Assembly (NCBI GenBank): GCA_034422655.1
Contig: DAOUJN010000005.1
Location: 1,781 to 65,780 of the forward strand
From: Dehalococcoidia bacterium
GTDB lineage: Bacteria > Chloroflexota > Dehalococcoidia > Lucifugimonadales > UBA3495
Reading direction: 5' to 3'
DNA length: 64,000 nucleotides
A program made the position numbers and the translations under genes. The notes under the pieces were generated by a model. It searched no databases. It saw only the letters and a list, made by a program, of their open reading frames with translations, and had not been told where the DNA came from. Shown one piece after another: positions 33,607 to 41,704 of the stretch; the stretch's first letter is position 1, and every line of letters begins with the position of its first letter.

Positions 33607-34308
33607 TTGAAGGCAATGTTTCCCGAAGGCGTTGATTCCCCGCAGGAACGCCAAGGGCTGCTGGAATCCCTGGAGACCTACCGCCGGGGCCTGGCCGACG
33701 CGCCCCTGCTGCGGAAATGGGGCGGCGGGCCGGCCGGAGGCCGCGGGGTGGCGGTCGAGGACGCGGACGGCTTCCCTCGCTCCCAAAAGAACGCCGATAC
33801 GGAGGCCCCCATGACCTTCGTAATTTCCAGCGAGGAGGTGGACCGCCACGGCGACGTGGTCCTGGCCCAGGGCTGGCGGCTGCAGGCTTACCTGCAAAAC
33901 CCCGTCCTCCTGTGGGCCCACGACTATGGCCGTCCCGTCATCGGCCGCGCCCTGGCCGTGTGGCCCGAGCCGGGGCAGCTTCTGGCCCGCCTGGAGTTCG
34001 CCCCCACCGAATTCGCCAGCCACGTGGCTGCCCTGTACCGGGGTGGCTACCAGCACGGCGTGTCGGTGGGCTTCAGGCCCCTGCGGTACGAGGAGCGGCG
34101 CGACCCCAGGACCGGCGCCTTCCTGGGCATCCGCTTCCTGGAGCAGGAACTGCTCGAGGTGAGCGCCGTTCCGGTCCCGGCCAACCGTCACGCTCTGCGC
34201 CGGGCCGCTCAATCCACGAATGGGCACGAATCATCACCAATAGTGGAATCCATCATCGCGGTTATTCGTGAAAATTCGTGGTCATTCGTGGAAAAAAAGA
34301 ACAGTTAA
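33607..34308 (+). CDS. HK97-family phage prohead protease
   Basis: ...MTFVISSEEVDRHGDVVLAQGWRLQAYLQNPVLLWAHDYGRPVIG...GVSVGF...LLEVSAVPVPAN is a Peptidase_S78/U35-like core. TTG at 33607 lies 5 nt after AAGGAGGTG. The last roughly 30 codons lie inside a family A repeat. Confidence 0.8.
   Translation: MKAMFPEGVDSPQERQGLLESLETYRRGLADAPLLRKWGGGPAGGRGVAVEDADGFPRSQKNADTEAPMTFVISSEEVDRHGDVVLAQGWRLQAYLQNPVLLWAHDYGRPVIGRALAVWPEPGQLLARLEFAPTEFASHVAALYRGGYQHGVSVGFRPLRYEERRDPRTGAFLGIRFLEQELLEVSAVPVPANRHALRRAAQSTNGHESSPIVESIIAVIRENSWSFVEKKNS
34211..34292. repeat. family A element, copy 6 (overlaps the protease 3' end)
   Basis: AATCCACGAATGGGCACGAATCATCACC...TTATTCGTGAAAATTCGTGGTCATTCGTGGA. Confidence 0.85.
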
Positions 34309-34319
34309 AGGAGTAACTC

Positions 34320-35651
34320 ATGACACTGGCAAATCAGGATATCGAACTCATCAAGCGCGAAGTGGCCGGCATACGGGACTTCTACCAGTCCCGCCTGGAC
34401 GCCGAACTGCCGCCCCTGCAGGAAGAGGTGGGCCGCATCTCCGCCCAGCTGGGACGGGTGCAAGAACAGTGGCGCGACGGCGAACGCCGCTCCATCCTGG
34501 CCAAATTCGGCGGCGACGACCGCCCCCGCGTAACCCACGGCAAGTACCGGGGCATGGACGCCCTGTCCCTGGCCTACGTCCGCAGCGTGCTCAACGCTCA
34601 GCTGCGCGAACCGGCCGGCCTGAACCAGCGCATGCTGGAGGACTGGCAGAACAATCTCAAGGCCGCCCTGGACAGCACCACCGCCGGCACGGGCGACGAA
34701 CTGGTGGCCACCGCCGAGGCTTCCGCCCTGTGGAGCGATGTCAACCTGGAAACCCTGATCGCGCCCCTCTTCTCCAGGGTGGATATGCCCACCAACCCCT
34801 TTGAAATTCCCCTGCAACTGGGCGGCGTTACCTGGTACCCCGGCTCGGAGAACACCGCCGTCACCGGTTCAGCCCCCGCCACCGCCCGCCAAACGCTGAC
34901 GGCCCACGAACTGGTGGCCGAGGTGCCCTGGTCGCTGACCCTGGACGAGGACGCCGTCATCGCCATGGCCGAGGAGGTCCGCAGTTCCCTGGTGCGCAAC
35001 GCGGTGGAGGTCATTGACGACGTGCTGCTCAACGCCGATACCACTGCGGCCAACAACATCAACGCCGACGGCGCCACCATCGCCGCCACCACCGCCGGCA
35101 AGGGCCACTGGCTGGTCGGCTTCGACGGCCTGCTCCACCTGCCCCTGGTGGACAACGCCACCCAGGCCAACAACCACAACGCCGCCGTCAGCGACGCCAT
35201 GTTCAACGAAATTCGCGGCAAGCTGGGCAAGTACGGCGTCCGCCCTTCCGAACTGGCCTACGTCATGGACGTGAGCACCTACATCAAGTCGCTGACGGTG
35301 GACAACTTCCGCACCCTGGACAAGCTGGGCGGCAACGCCACCCTGCTGCGGGGCCAGCTTGGTGCGGTGGAGGGCATCCCCGTCATCGTCTCCGAGCAGA
35401 TGGCCACCGCCGACGCCGACGGCAAGGTTACCGACGACGGCAACGCCAACACCAAGGGACGTCTGCTCATCACCAACCGCACCCAGTGGCGGCTGGGCTT
35501 CCGCCGCGAACTGCTCATCGAGACCACCCGCGACATTCAGAAGCGGCAGAACATCATGGTGGTCAGCATGCGCCTCGCCTTCATGGAGCGCACCGGTAAG
35601 CGCAGCGCGGCCACCCACACGGCCCTGCAGTACAACATCACCGGCGTCTAG
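34320..35651 (+). CDS. HK97-family phage major capsid protein
   Basis: 443 aa. N-terminal coiled-coil delta-like region, then ...GDELVATAEASALWSDVNLETLIAPLFSRVDMPTNPFEIPL...TAHELVAEVPWS..., which is typical of TIGR01554-type capsids. AAAGGAG ribosome-binding site. Confidence 0.88.
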   Translation: MTLANQDIELIKREVAGIRDFYQSRLDAELPPLQEEVGRISAQLGRVQEQWRDGERRSILAKFGGDDRPRVTHGKYRGMDALSLAYVRSVLNAQLREPAGLNQRMLEDWQNNLKAALDSTTAGTGDELVATAEASALWSDVNLETLIAPLFSRVDMPTNPFEIPLQLGGVTWYPGSENTAVTGSAPATARQTLTAHELVAEVPWSLTLDEDAVIAMAEEVRSSLVRNAVEVIDDVLLNADTTAANNINADGATIAATTAGKGHWLVGFDGLLHLPLVDNATQANNHNAAVSDAMFNEIRGKLGKYGVRPSELAYVMDVSTYIKSLTVDNFRTLDKLGGNATLLRGQLGAVEGIPVIVSEQMATADADGKVTDDGNANTKGRLLITNRTQWRLGFRRELLIETTRDIQKRQNIMVVSMRLAFMERTGKRSAATHTALQYNITGV

Positions 35652-35667
35652 GCCCAACACGGTTATT

Positions 35668-35749
35668 GATCCACGAATAGGCACGAATTTTCACGAATGG
35701 GATTGGGGCAAATAAATCATTAGTGAATATTCGTGTCTATTCGTGGATA
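35668..35749. repeat. family A element, copy 7
   Basis: GATCCACGAATAGGCACGAATTTTCACGAATGG...GTGAATATTCGTGTCTATTCGTGGATAG. Confidence 0.85.
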
Positions 35750-35768
35750 GAAAAAGTTGGAGTAATTT

Positions 35769-36578
35769 ATGACCAACGCCTATTGCGACCTGGCCCTGCT
35801 CAAGTCCGGCGGCGCCCTGAACATCACCGGTGCCGCCCACGACCGGCGCCTGCTGGCCCTGCTGGAGCAGGCATCCCGGATCATCGACGGCCACTGCAAC
35901 CGCCATTTCTACGTCCTGCGCGCCGCCCGGCAGTTCGAGGCCAGCCGGTGGTCGGCGGGGATTCAGCAGTTGCTGGTCCCCGATCTCATCGCCGCTGACT
36001 CCGTGCGGGTGGCCGCCGCGCTTGACGGCCCGCCCGGCGAACCCCGGTGGCGGGCCGCGTCCTACCGGCTCTATCCCCTGGACGCCGCCCCCGACCGGCC
36101 CTGGGGCCGGCCTTACACCCGCATGGCCATTGACCCGGCCGGCCTGCCACTGCGTCACGGCGCCGACGGCAACGCCCTGGTGGAAGTCGCCGGCCGCTGG
36201 GGCTACCGGCAGGTGGTCACCGGCACGGACGCTACCCTGGCCGCCGACGTGGCCGGGGCGGACGGCACGCTCACCTTCACTGGCGGCGCCGCCTTCGCCC
36301 CGGGCCAGACCCTTTCGGTGGACGACGAGCAGCTTCACGTAACCGCCGTAACCGACGCCACCGTGACGGTGGACCGCGCCGTCAACGGCACGTCCGCCGC
36401 CGCCCATAACTCCGGCGCCGCCATCGGCGTCTACGCCTACCCCGCCCCGGTGGTGGAGGCCTGCCTGCAGCTAGCCATGTGGCTCTGGCGAGGCGACCAG
36501 CAACCCACGCAGGAGCGCAGCGGCCTGGGTCGGGAGATGGAAACCCTGCTCGCCCCCTACCGCAAGCTGCCTGTCTAA
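35769..36578 (+). CDS. phage head-tail adaptor (gp6-like) with an inserted domain
   Basis: N-terminus MTNAYCDLALLKSGGALNITG...LLALLEQASRIIDGHCNRHF is gp6-connector-like. Central ...LSVDDEQLHVTAVTDATVTVDRAVNGTSAAAHNSGAAI is a motif common in phage structural proteins. Assignment from memory only. Confidence 0.55.
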   Translation: MTNAYCDLALLKSGGALNITGAAHDRRLLALLEQASRIIDGHCNRHFYVLRAARQFEASRWSAGIQQLLVPDLIAADSVRVAAALDGPPGEPRWRAASYRLYPLDAAPDRPWGRPYTRMAIDPAGLPLRHGADGNALVEVAGRWGYRQVVTGTDATLAADVAGADGTLTFTGGAAFAPGQTLSVDDEQLHVTAVTDATVTVDRAVNGTSAAAHNSGAAIGVYAYPAPVVEACLQLAMWLWRGDQQPTQERSGLGREMETLLAPYRKLPV

Positions 36579-36584
36579 CCGGCT

Positions 36585-36664
36585 AATCCACGAATAGACA
36601 CGAATGAGCACTAATGGAATAAGGAAAAAATTTCTTCGTACCCCTTCGTGTCCTTCGTGGATAA
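36585..36664. repeat. family A element, copy 8 (degenerate right arm)
   Basis: AATCCACGAATAGACACGAATGAGCACTAATGG...CTTCGTACCCCTTCGTGTCCTTCGTGGATAAA. Confidence 0.8.
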
Positions 36665-36680
36665 ATGAAGGAGAAAAGCT

Positions 36681-37103
36681 ATGAGCCTGATTGCAGTAAG
36701 GGACGAACTGGCAAAGCGCCTGGCCACCCTGGACGGACTGCGGGTCTACCCCGTCCCGCCCGACACCGTGCCGCAACTGCCCGCCGCCATCATCCAGCCC
36801 GGCCAGCCCCTGGCCGAGTACGGCCGCACCCTGTCCGGCGGCGATGTTACCTACGCCTTCGCCGTCCTGCTCCTGACCCAATCCGGCGACGACGAGCAGG
36901 CCTGGCGGGACCTGGCCGCCCGCCTGGCCCCTACCGGTCCGCCTCAGGCGGACTCGGTCAAGGCCGCCGTGGAAACCCCGGTCAACACCGGCCCCGCCGA
37001 CTGGTTCCGCGTCCTCCGCGCCACCGAAGGCGGCCCCATAACCTACCGCAAAACCACCTACTGGGGCGCAACCTTCCAAGTCCAAGCCTACGTCGGCGGG
37101 TAA
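36681..37103 (+). CDS. phage tail-terminator / tail-completion-like protein (DUF3168-like)
   Basis: 140 aa. MSLIAVRDELAKRLATLDGLRVYPVPPDTVPQLPAAIIQPG... matches the typical N-terminal pattern of this family. Position between adaptor and tube. Confidence 0.5.
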   Translation: MSLIAVRDELAKRLATLDGLRVYPVPPDTVPQLPAAIIQPGQPLAEYGRTLSGGDVTYAFAVLLLTQSGDDEQAWRDLAARLAPTGPPQADSVKAAVETPVNTGPADWFRVLRATEGGPITYRKTTYWGATFQVQAYVGG

Positions 37104-37105
37104 CG

Positions 37106-37145
37106 AAGAAAAATTCTTATTTCCTAATTCTTAATTCGTAATTCA
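37106..37145. repeat. family B repeat (single arm)
   Basis: AAGAAAAATTCTTATTTCCTAATTCTTAATTCGTAATTC. Confidence 0.6.
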
Positions 37146-37154
37146 GGAGGCCCC

Positions 37155-37595
37155 ATGGCCAGGGTGCCCGTCGCAGGCAACAGCTACATCGAAATCAACG
37201 ACTCCGGCGGCGTTCCCCGTAACCTGTCCGCCTGGGTCGAGGAGGTGGAACCCCTGGGCCAGCAGGTGTCGGCGGTGGACGTTACCGCCCTGAACGACAC
37301 GTCCCGCCAGGTGGTGAAGGGCGTCGAACCGGTGCAGGAGTTCATCCTGCGCGGCCTCTTCGACGACACCCCAGTAACCGGCCCCGACGCCGTCCTGGCC
37401 GGCATCGTGGGCCAGGTGGTGACCGTTGCCTATGGCCCGGCGGGCAACCGGGCGGGCCAGCGGAAAATCTCGGGCCAATTTCTCTGCCTGTCCTACCAGG
37501 TCGGCGGTCGCGCCGAAGAGAGCCGTAACCCCGGCCTGGTTCGCTTCACCGCCCGCTTCCGCCAGTCCGGTCCCGTAACCCTGGGCACCTGGTAA
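37155..37595 (+). CDS. phage major tail (tube)-like protein
   Basis: 146 aa. ...IEINDSGGVPRNLSAWVEEVEPLGQQVSAVDVTALNDTSRQVVKGVEPVQEFILRGLFDD...VAYGPAGN... resembles TP901-1/GTA-type tube proteins in size and pattern. Confidence 0.5.
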   Translation: MARVPVAGNSYIEINDSGGVPRNLSAWVEEVEPLGQQVSAVDVTALNDTSRQVVKGVEPVQEFILRGLFDDTPVTGPDAVLAGIVGQVVTVAYGPAGNRAGQRKISGQFLCLSYQVGGRAEESRNPGLVRFTARFRQSGPVTLGTW

Positions 37596-37603
37596 CCCGC
37601 AGT

Positions 37604-37632
37604 GCGTAGGGGCGGCCCTTGTGACCGCCCTT
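37604..37632. repeat. family D-like hairpin (degenerate)
   Basis: GCGTAGGGGCGGCCCTTGTGACCGCCCTT. Shares the CGTAGGGGCG 5' part with 3464 and 44417. Confidence 0.45.
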
Positions 37633-37667
37633 GCCCCAACAATCCAACAATCGGAGGCACAAGACTA

Positions 37668-39701
37668 ATGCCAAATCCCCACTGGCGTATCTGGGTGGAC
37701 TGGAACGACAACGTGACCTGGGCCGAAACGTCCGGCCCCTACCGCGAGGACATCACCGCCGACGTGCTGGACCTGGACTGGCGCTGGGGCCGGCCCGTGG
37801 GTTCCTTCCGCGCTCCGGCCCGTCCCCGGCCCGCCCGCCTGGACCTTACCTTGGGCAATGAAGACCGCCGCTACACCCCCGGCAACGACCGGTCGCCCCT
37901 GGCCGGCAGCCTGGCCGCCGGCCGCCGTGTCTGGGCTGCCTTTGCCTGGCCCTATGACGGCTTTGCCGGGGCGGACGACCAGGACCTGCACGGTCGCGCC
38001 GTCCCAGTGGGCGAATCGTCCTGGGCCAAGATCTCCACTGGCCCCGCCGGCCTGGCCCTGTCCGAGGGGCGGGCAGCAGCCACGGCGGGAACCGGCGGCG
38101 CCGTCTATGCCCTGGACTTTGGCGACCCCGACGCCCACCTGGGCTTTATCTTCCGGCGCAACAGCGACGGCAGCAGCGGCGTGGCCCTGCGTGTGGCCAG
38201 CCGGTGGGACTACCTGCGCGTTAGCTTCGGCAATACCGCCACCCTGCTGGAGGACGTTACCTTCGGCTTCCCATCCACCATACGCCGGGGCGACCCGCTG
38301 GAGGCCGGGCGCGACTACTTCATCGAAATCGAAATGCACGGCGGCTCGGTGCATCTCTACGCCACCGACCTGGACGGCGGCGATATGGACCGCCGGGAAA
38401 TCCTGGACGGCGGTGGGACTGCCGGCAACGCCGCCGCTACCAGGCACGGCATCTGGCACGATGGTACCGCCGCCGCCGCCGGCGACCGCTGGGGCGATTT
38501 CGGCGGCTGGCGCAGTTTCTTTCACGGCGCCCTGGTCCGCATCTCCCCCGAACGGGACCCCGACCTGGGCCAGGTCTGCCGCGTCCGCGCCGAGGACGAC
38601 CTGCGGCTGCTGGAGCGGCGGCCCCTGTACCACTTGTTCAACCGGCGTCTCCTGTCCTCCGCCGCCATCGCCAACGGCATTCTCACCTGGGCCGGCTTCA
38701 ACGCCGGCTACCGACGCCTGGACCCCGGCCGCACTTTGGTGGCTTCCTCGCCCCGGGCCCTGTGGGGCCTCTCCGCCATCGAGGCCCTTTCCGACCTGGC
38801 CGAGGAGGAGAACGGACGCGTCTACGTGGACGGTCGCGGCTACTTCCGCCTGGAAGCCGCCGACCACCGGCAGTCCGGCCCCCACGCCGCGTCCGTGACC
38901 ACCCTGCGCGACACGTCGGCCGTCGGCCCGTACTTCTCCGCCCTGGATTGGGACGAGGGCAGCGAGGGAGTGGAGAACTCGGTAATCTTCCGCTACCGCC
39001 AGGCCGTCAACGCCGGCGCCCAGAAAATCTGGCGGCTGCGCGACGTCCCCGCCATACCCGTCGGCGAAAGCCGCGACTTCCTGGCCGAGAGCGGCAGCTA
39101 CGACGCCGTGGACGGCATCCGCGTCCCCGTTGCCGTCACCGACTACGCCGCCAACTCCCGTTCCGGCGGCGACGGCGACGACCTGACCGCCAGCATTGCC
39201 GTAACCCTGCCCCACGTTGCCGGCGGCGCGCTGGCATCGCCGTCCGACTCCTACGTGGGCCGGGGCACGGTGGTGCGAGTAACCAACACCCACGCTACCG
39301 CCACCGCCTACGTAACCCTGCTGAAGCTCACCGCCAACCGCGCCTACCAGGCCCCGGATCCCACCAGCTACCGGGCCGAGGACGCCGCCAGCCAAACCGC
39401 CCACGGCCTGCGCGCCCATACGGTGGACTGCCGCTTCATCGACCACTACGAGGCCGCCAAGTCAGCCGCCGACGCCCGCCTGTCCGACCGCCGCCGGCCC
39501 CGTACTCAACTGGTCCTTGCCATCCCCGCCGGCTCCGGCGCAAACCTGGCCCAGATAGTCCACCGCGTCCTGTCCGACCGCATCACCGTCGTCGGCGACA
39601 ACCCCGTCCTGAACGCCGACTTCTACATCGAAGGAATGGAACTCCAGGCCACCGCCCGCACCGGCCACCTAACCGCCCGCTGGCACGTCCAGGAGGCCTA
39701 A
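37668..39701 (+). CDS. phage distal-tail (Dit)-like protein with a large central insertion
   Basis: ATG at 37668 follows GGAGG. N-terminus ...RIWVDWNDNVTWAETSGPYREDITADVLDLDWRWGR...RLDLTLGNEDRRYTPGN and C-terminus ...RITVVGDNPVLNADFYIEGMELQATARTGHLTARWHV follow the pattern I associate with siphovirus Dit / minor tail proteins. The central part (about residues 130-300) could be a lectin-like insert. Confidence 0.5.
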   Translation: MPNPHWRIWVDWNDNVTWAETSGPYREDITADVLDLDWRWGRPVGSFRAPARPRPARLDLTLGNEDRRYTPGNDRSPLAGSLAAGRRVWAAFAWPYDGFAGADDQDLHGRAVPVGESSWAKISTGPAGLALSEGRAAATAGTGGAVYALDFGDPDAHLGFIFRRNSDGSSGVALRVASRWDYLRVSFGNTATLLEDVTFGFPSTIRRGDPLEAGRDYFIEIEMHGGSVHLYATDLDGGDMDRREILDGGGTAGNAAATRHGIWHDGTAAAAGDRWGDFGGWRSFFHGALVRISPERDPDLGQVCRVRAEDDLRLLERRPLYHLFNRRLLSSAAIANGILTWAGFNAGYRRLDPGRTLVASSPRALWGLSAIEALSDLAEEENGRVYVDGRGYFRLEAADHRQSGPHAASVTTLRDTSAVGPYFSALDWDEGSEGVENSVIFRYRQAVNAGAQKIWRLRDVPAIPVGESRDFLAESGSYDAVDGIRVPVAVTDYAANSRSGGDGDDLTASIAVTLPHVAGGALASPSDSYVGRGTVVRVTNTHATATAYVTLLKLTANRAYQAPDPTSYRAEDAASQTAHGLRAHTVDCRFIDHYEAAKSAADARLSDRRRPRTQLVLAIPAGSGANLAQIVHRVLSDRITVVGDNPVLNADFYIEGMELQATARTGHLTARWHVQEA

Positions 39702-39714
39702 CCCGCAACACTTC

Positions 39715-39742
39715 CGTAGAGGCAGACCTGCGTGTCTGCTCC
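39715..39742. repeat. family D-like hairpin (degenerate)
   Basis: CGTAGAGGCAGACCTGCGTGTCTGCTCC, with stem GCAGAC/GTCTGC. Confidence 0.4.
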
Positions 39743-39752
39743 AGCCCCTAAC

Positions 39753-39849
39753 CGTCATACCGGCGAAAGCCGGTATCCAGAAATCCTGCCTGACAGGCGC
39801 CGTGCCTGCGGCTTTACCCTTCTGGGTTCCGGCTTTCGCCGGAACGACG
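39753..39849. repeat. composite inverted pair of family C units
   Basis: CGTCATACCGGCGAAAGCCGGTATCCAG ...41 bp... CTGGGTTCCGGCTTTCGCCGGAACGACG. Same architecture as 58624-58720. Confidence 0.8.
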
Positions 39850-39970
39850 TTTTACCCCGAACCAGACTTGCCGAGTCCGGGCCCAGGCCCCCCGTTTGCC
39901 CCCGCCCCGTCCATCCCTTACAATTCCGCCCAAGCTACCCGAACCATTTGCACCTGGGGAGGCGCCTACC

Positions 39971-40375
39971 ATGACACAGGAACCGGCCCGATGCGATGCC
40001 TGCGGTCGTGAACTGGACGAGCGGCCCTTCGACCCCTACCAGGTACCCGTGTCCGTGAACCCCAATCCCGACGAACCGAAGAACTTCGTCGAGCGCAGCC
40101 TCAAGCAGCACATCCAGACCCTGGACAGGCTCTCCGGGCAGCTGGACGAACTGCTGGAACTGGTGCGGGCCGGGAAGGACGACGACGGCCAGGTCCTGGA
40201 ACTGCTGGACCTGCTCCGCCAGTACATGAAGCCCCGCCACGGCCTGTGCATCGACGGCCACTGCGCCCCCTGCCGCGTCCACGAGGAAGCCATCAAGGAG
40301 CACGTCCTGCTCTACATAGACTGGAAAATCCCCGGCACCGTCGAAAAGCTCCAGCAAGCCCGCCACCGCAACTAA
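39971..40375 (+). CDS. hypothetical Cys-containing protein
   Basis: 134 aa. MTQEPARCDACGRELD... with CxxC near the N-terminus and CIDGHCAPC near the C-terminus. ATG follows GGGGAGG. No family recognised. Confidence 0.55.
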   Translation: MTQEPARCDACGRELDERPFDPYQVPVSVNPNPDEPKNFVERSLKQHIQTLDRLSGQLDELLELVRAGKDDDGQVLELLDLLRQYMKPRHGLCIDGHCAPCRVHEEAIKEHVLLYIDWKIPGTVEKLQQARHRN

Positions 40376-40477
40376 CCGGCCATAGCCTTCCACCCCATCC
40401 CCCGCTATAATTCGCCATAGATACAACCCTTGGAGCCAAATCCCCAACGAAAACTTCAATAAAAGGCGGTGATTGTT

Positions 40478-41449
40478 ATGGGAAAGGACTACAGCATCTG
40501 CGTTGGCGCCGTTGGTTTCGGCGGCGGCGTCTGGTACAGCCCCGACACCGGCGAGACCTGGAACCGCATCCGCGACCCCTTCGTGCTGGGCGCTGATGTC
40601 CGGGCCCTGGTACCCTACCCCGACAACCCTGACCGCATCCTGGCCGGTTCCAACCAGGGCATCTTCCGCAGCGAGGACAAGGGCGCCACCTGGGTCAAGC
40701 TCTGGTCGCCCATGGAGGGCGTACCCATCTGGAACATCGCCATTGACCCGGTGGATACGGGCACCATCTATGTCGGCATCAAGCCGGCGGCCCTGTTCCG
40801 CTCCCGGGACGACGGCCAGAGCTGGACCAAGCTGCCCGTGGACATGGCCCAGTACTGCCACATTGGCCCGCCCATGGTCACCGCGCTGATGGTGGACCCC
40901 AAGGCCCACAACACCGTCTGGGCCGGGGTTGAGGTGGACGGCGTGTACCGCAGCCTGGACGGCGGCGACTCCTGGACCCATATCACCACCGGCGTTCACC
41001 CCGACATCCACGGCATGGCCATCAGCCCCGGGGACGAGAACCGGGTCCTGTTCAGCACGCCCCGGGAAATCTACTCCACCACCGACGTGGGCGAAAGCTG
41101 GGAGTCGCTGAATAAGACCGATGACCTTCCCCTGCCCTACAGCCGGGGCATCGCCTTCAAGGCCGACGACCCCAACGTGCTGTTTTCGGCATTGGGCGAA
41201 ACGGCGATCAGCAGCCAGGGGGCTCTCCGCCGTTCCATGGACGGGGGCCGTACCTGGGAGGATCGACCGCTGCCGGTGGAGCCCAACTCCAACATCTGGG
41301 GCTTCGTCACCCACCCCGCCGACCCCGACTTCATCCTGGCGTCCAGCCTCTTCGGCGAACTCTACGCCACCGAGGACGCCGGCGACTCCTGGAACAAGCT
41401 GAAGCGGGAATTCACCGAGATAGGCGCGATGGTCTGGGTGCCCAACTAG
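40478..41449 (+). CDS. BNR/Asp-box repeat beta-propeller protein
   Basis: Seven SxDxGxTW-type repeats (SPDTGETW, SEDKGATW, SRDDGQSW, SLDGGDSW, TTDVGESW, SMDGGRTW, TEDAGDSW). No signal peptide. Confidence 0.8.
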   Translation: MGKDYSICVGAVGFGGGVWYSPDTGETWNRIRDPFVLGADVRALVPYPDNPDRILAGSNQGIFRSEDKGATWVKLWSPMEGVPIWNIAIDPVDTGTIYVGIKPAALFRSRDDGQSWTKLPVDMAQYCHIGPPMVTALMVDPKAHNTVWAGVEVDGVYRSLDGGDSWTHITTGVHPDIHGMAISPGDENRVLFSTPREIYSTTDVGESWESLNKTDDLPLPYSRGIAFKADDPNVLFSALGETAISSQGALRRSMDGGRTWEDRPLPVEPNSNIWGFVTHPADPDFILASSLFGELYATEDAGDSWNKLKREFTEIGAMVWVPN

Positions 41450-41475
41450 GGACTGAGCTTGCTGAGGGTCTCCCT

Positions 41476-41553
41476 CACCGCAGAGGCGCAGAGCGCCCAG
41501 AGATACGCAGAGACTCTCTGCGAAACTCCGCGCTCTCTGCGTCTCTGTGGTTA
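41476..41553. repeat. family E element, copy 2
   Basis: CACCGCAGAGGCGCAGAGCGCCCAGAGATACGCAGAGACTCTCTGCGAAACTCCGCGCTCTCTGCGTCTCTGTGG. Confidence 0.7.
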
Positions 41554-41704
41554 AAACCGCCTTTCCGCCAAGACCATGCGGGAAGCGAATGCCCACAATG
41601 CTCCCGTTCCCAACTTCCCTTACCTGGCCTTTGGGTGTATCGTACATCCCACCGAACTACCGGGGAGGGATGCCCCGCCCAGACCGTATGGCCCAGGAGG
41701 CACC

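Noticed and set aside
39732-39974. 80-aa ORF (and 58565-58837 on the minus strand) sharing the peptide RHTGESRYP
   Set aside because: The shared peptide is simply the translation of the family C repeat unit. Both ORFs are artefacts of repeat sequence.
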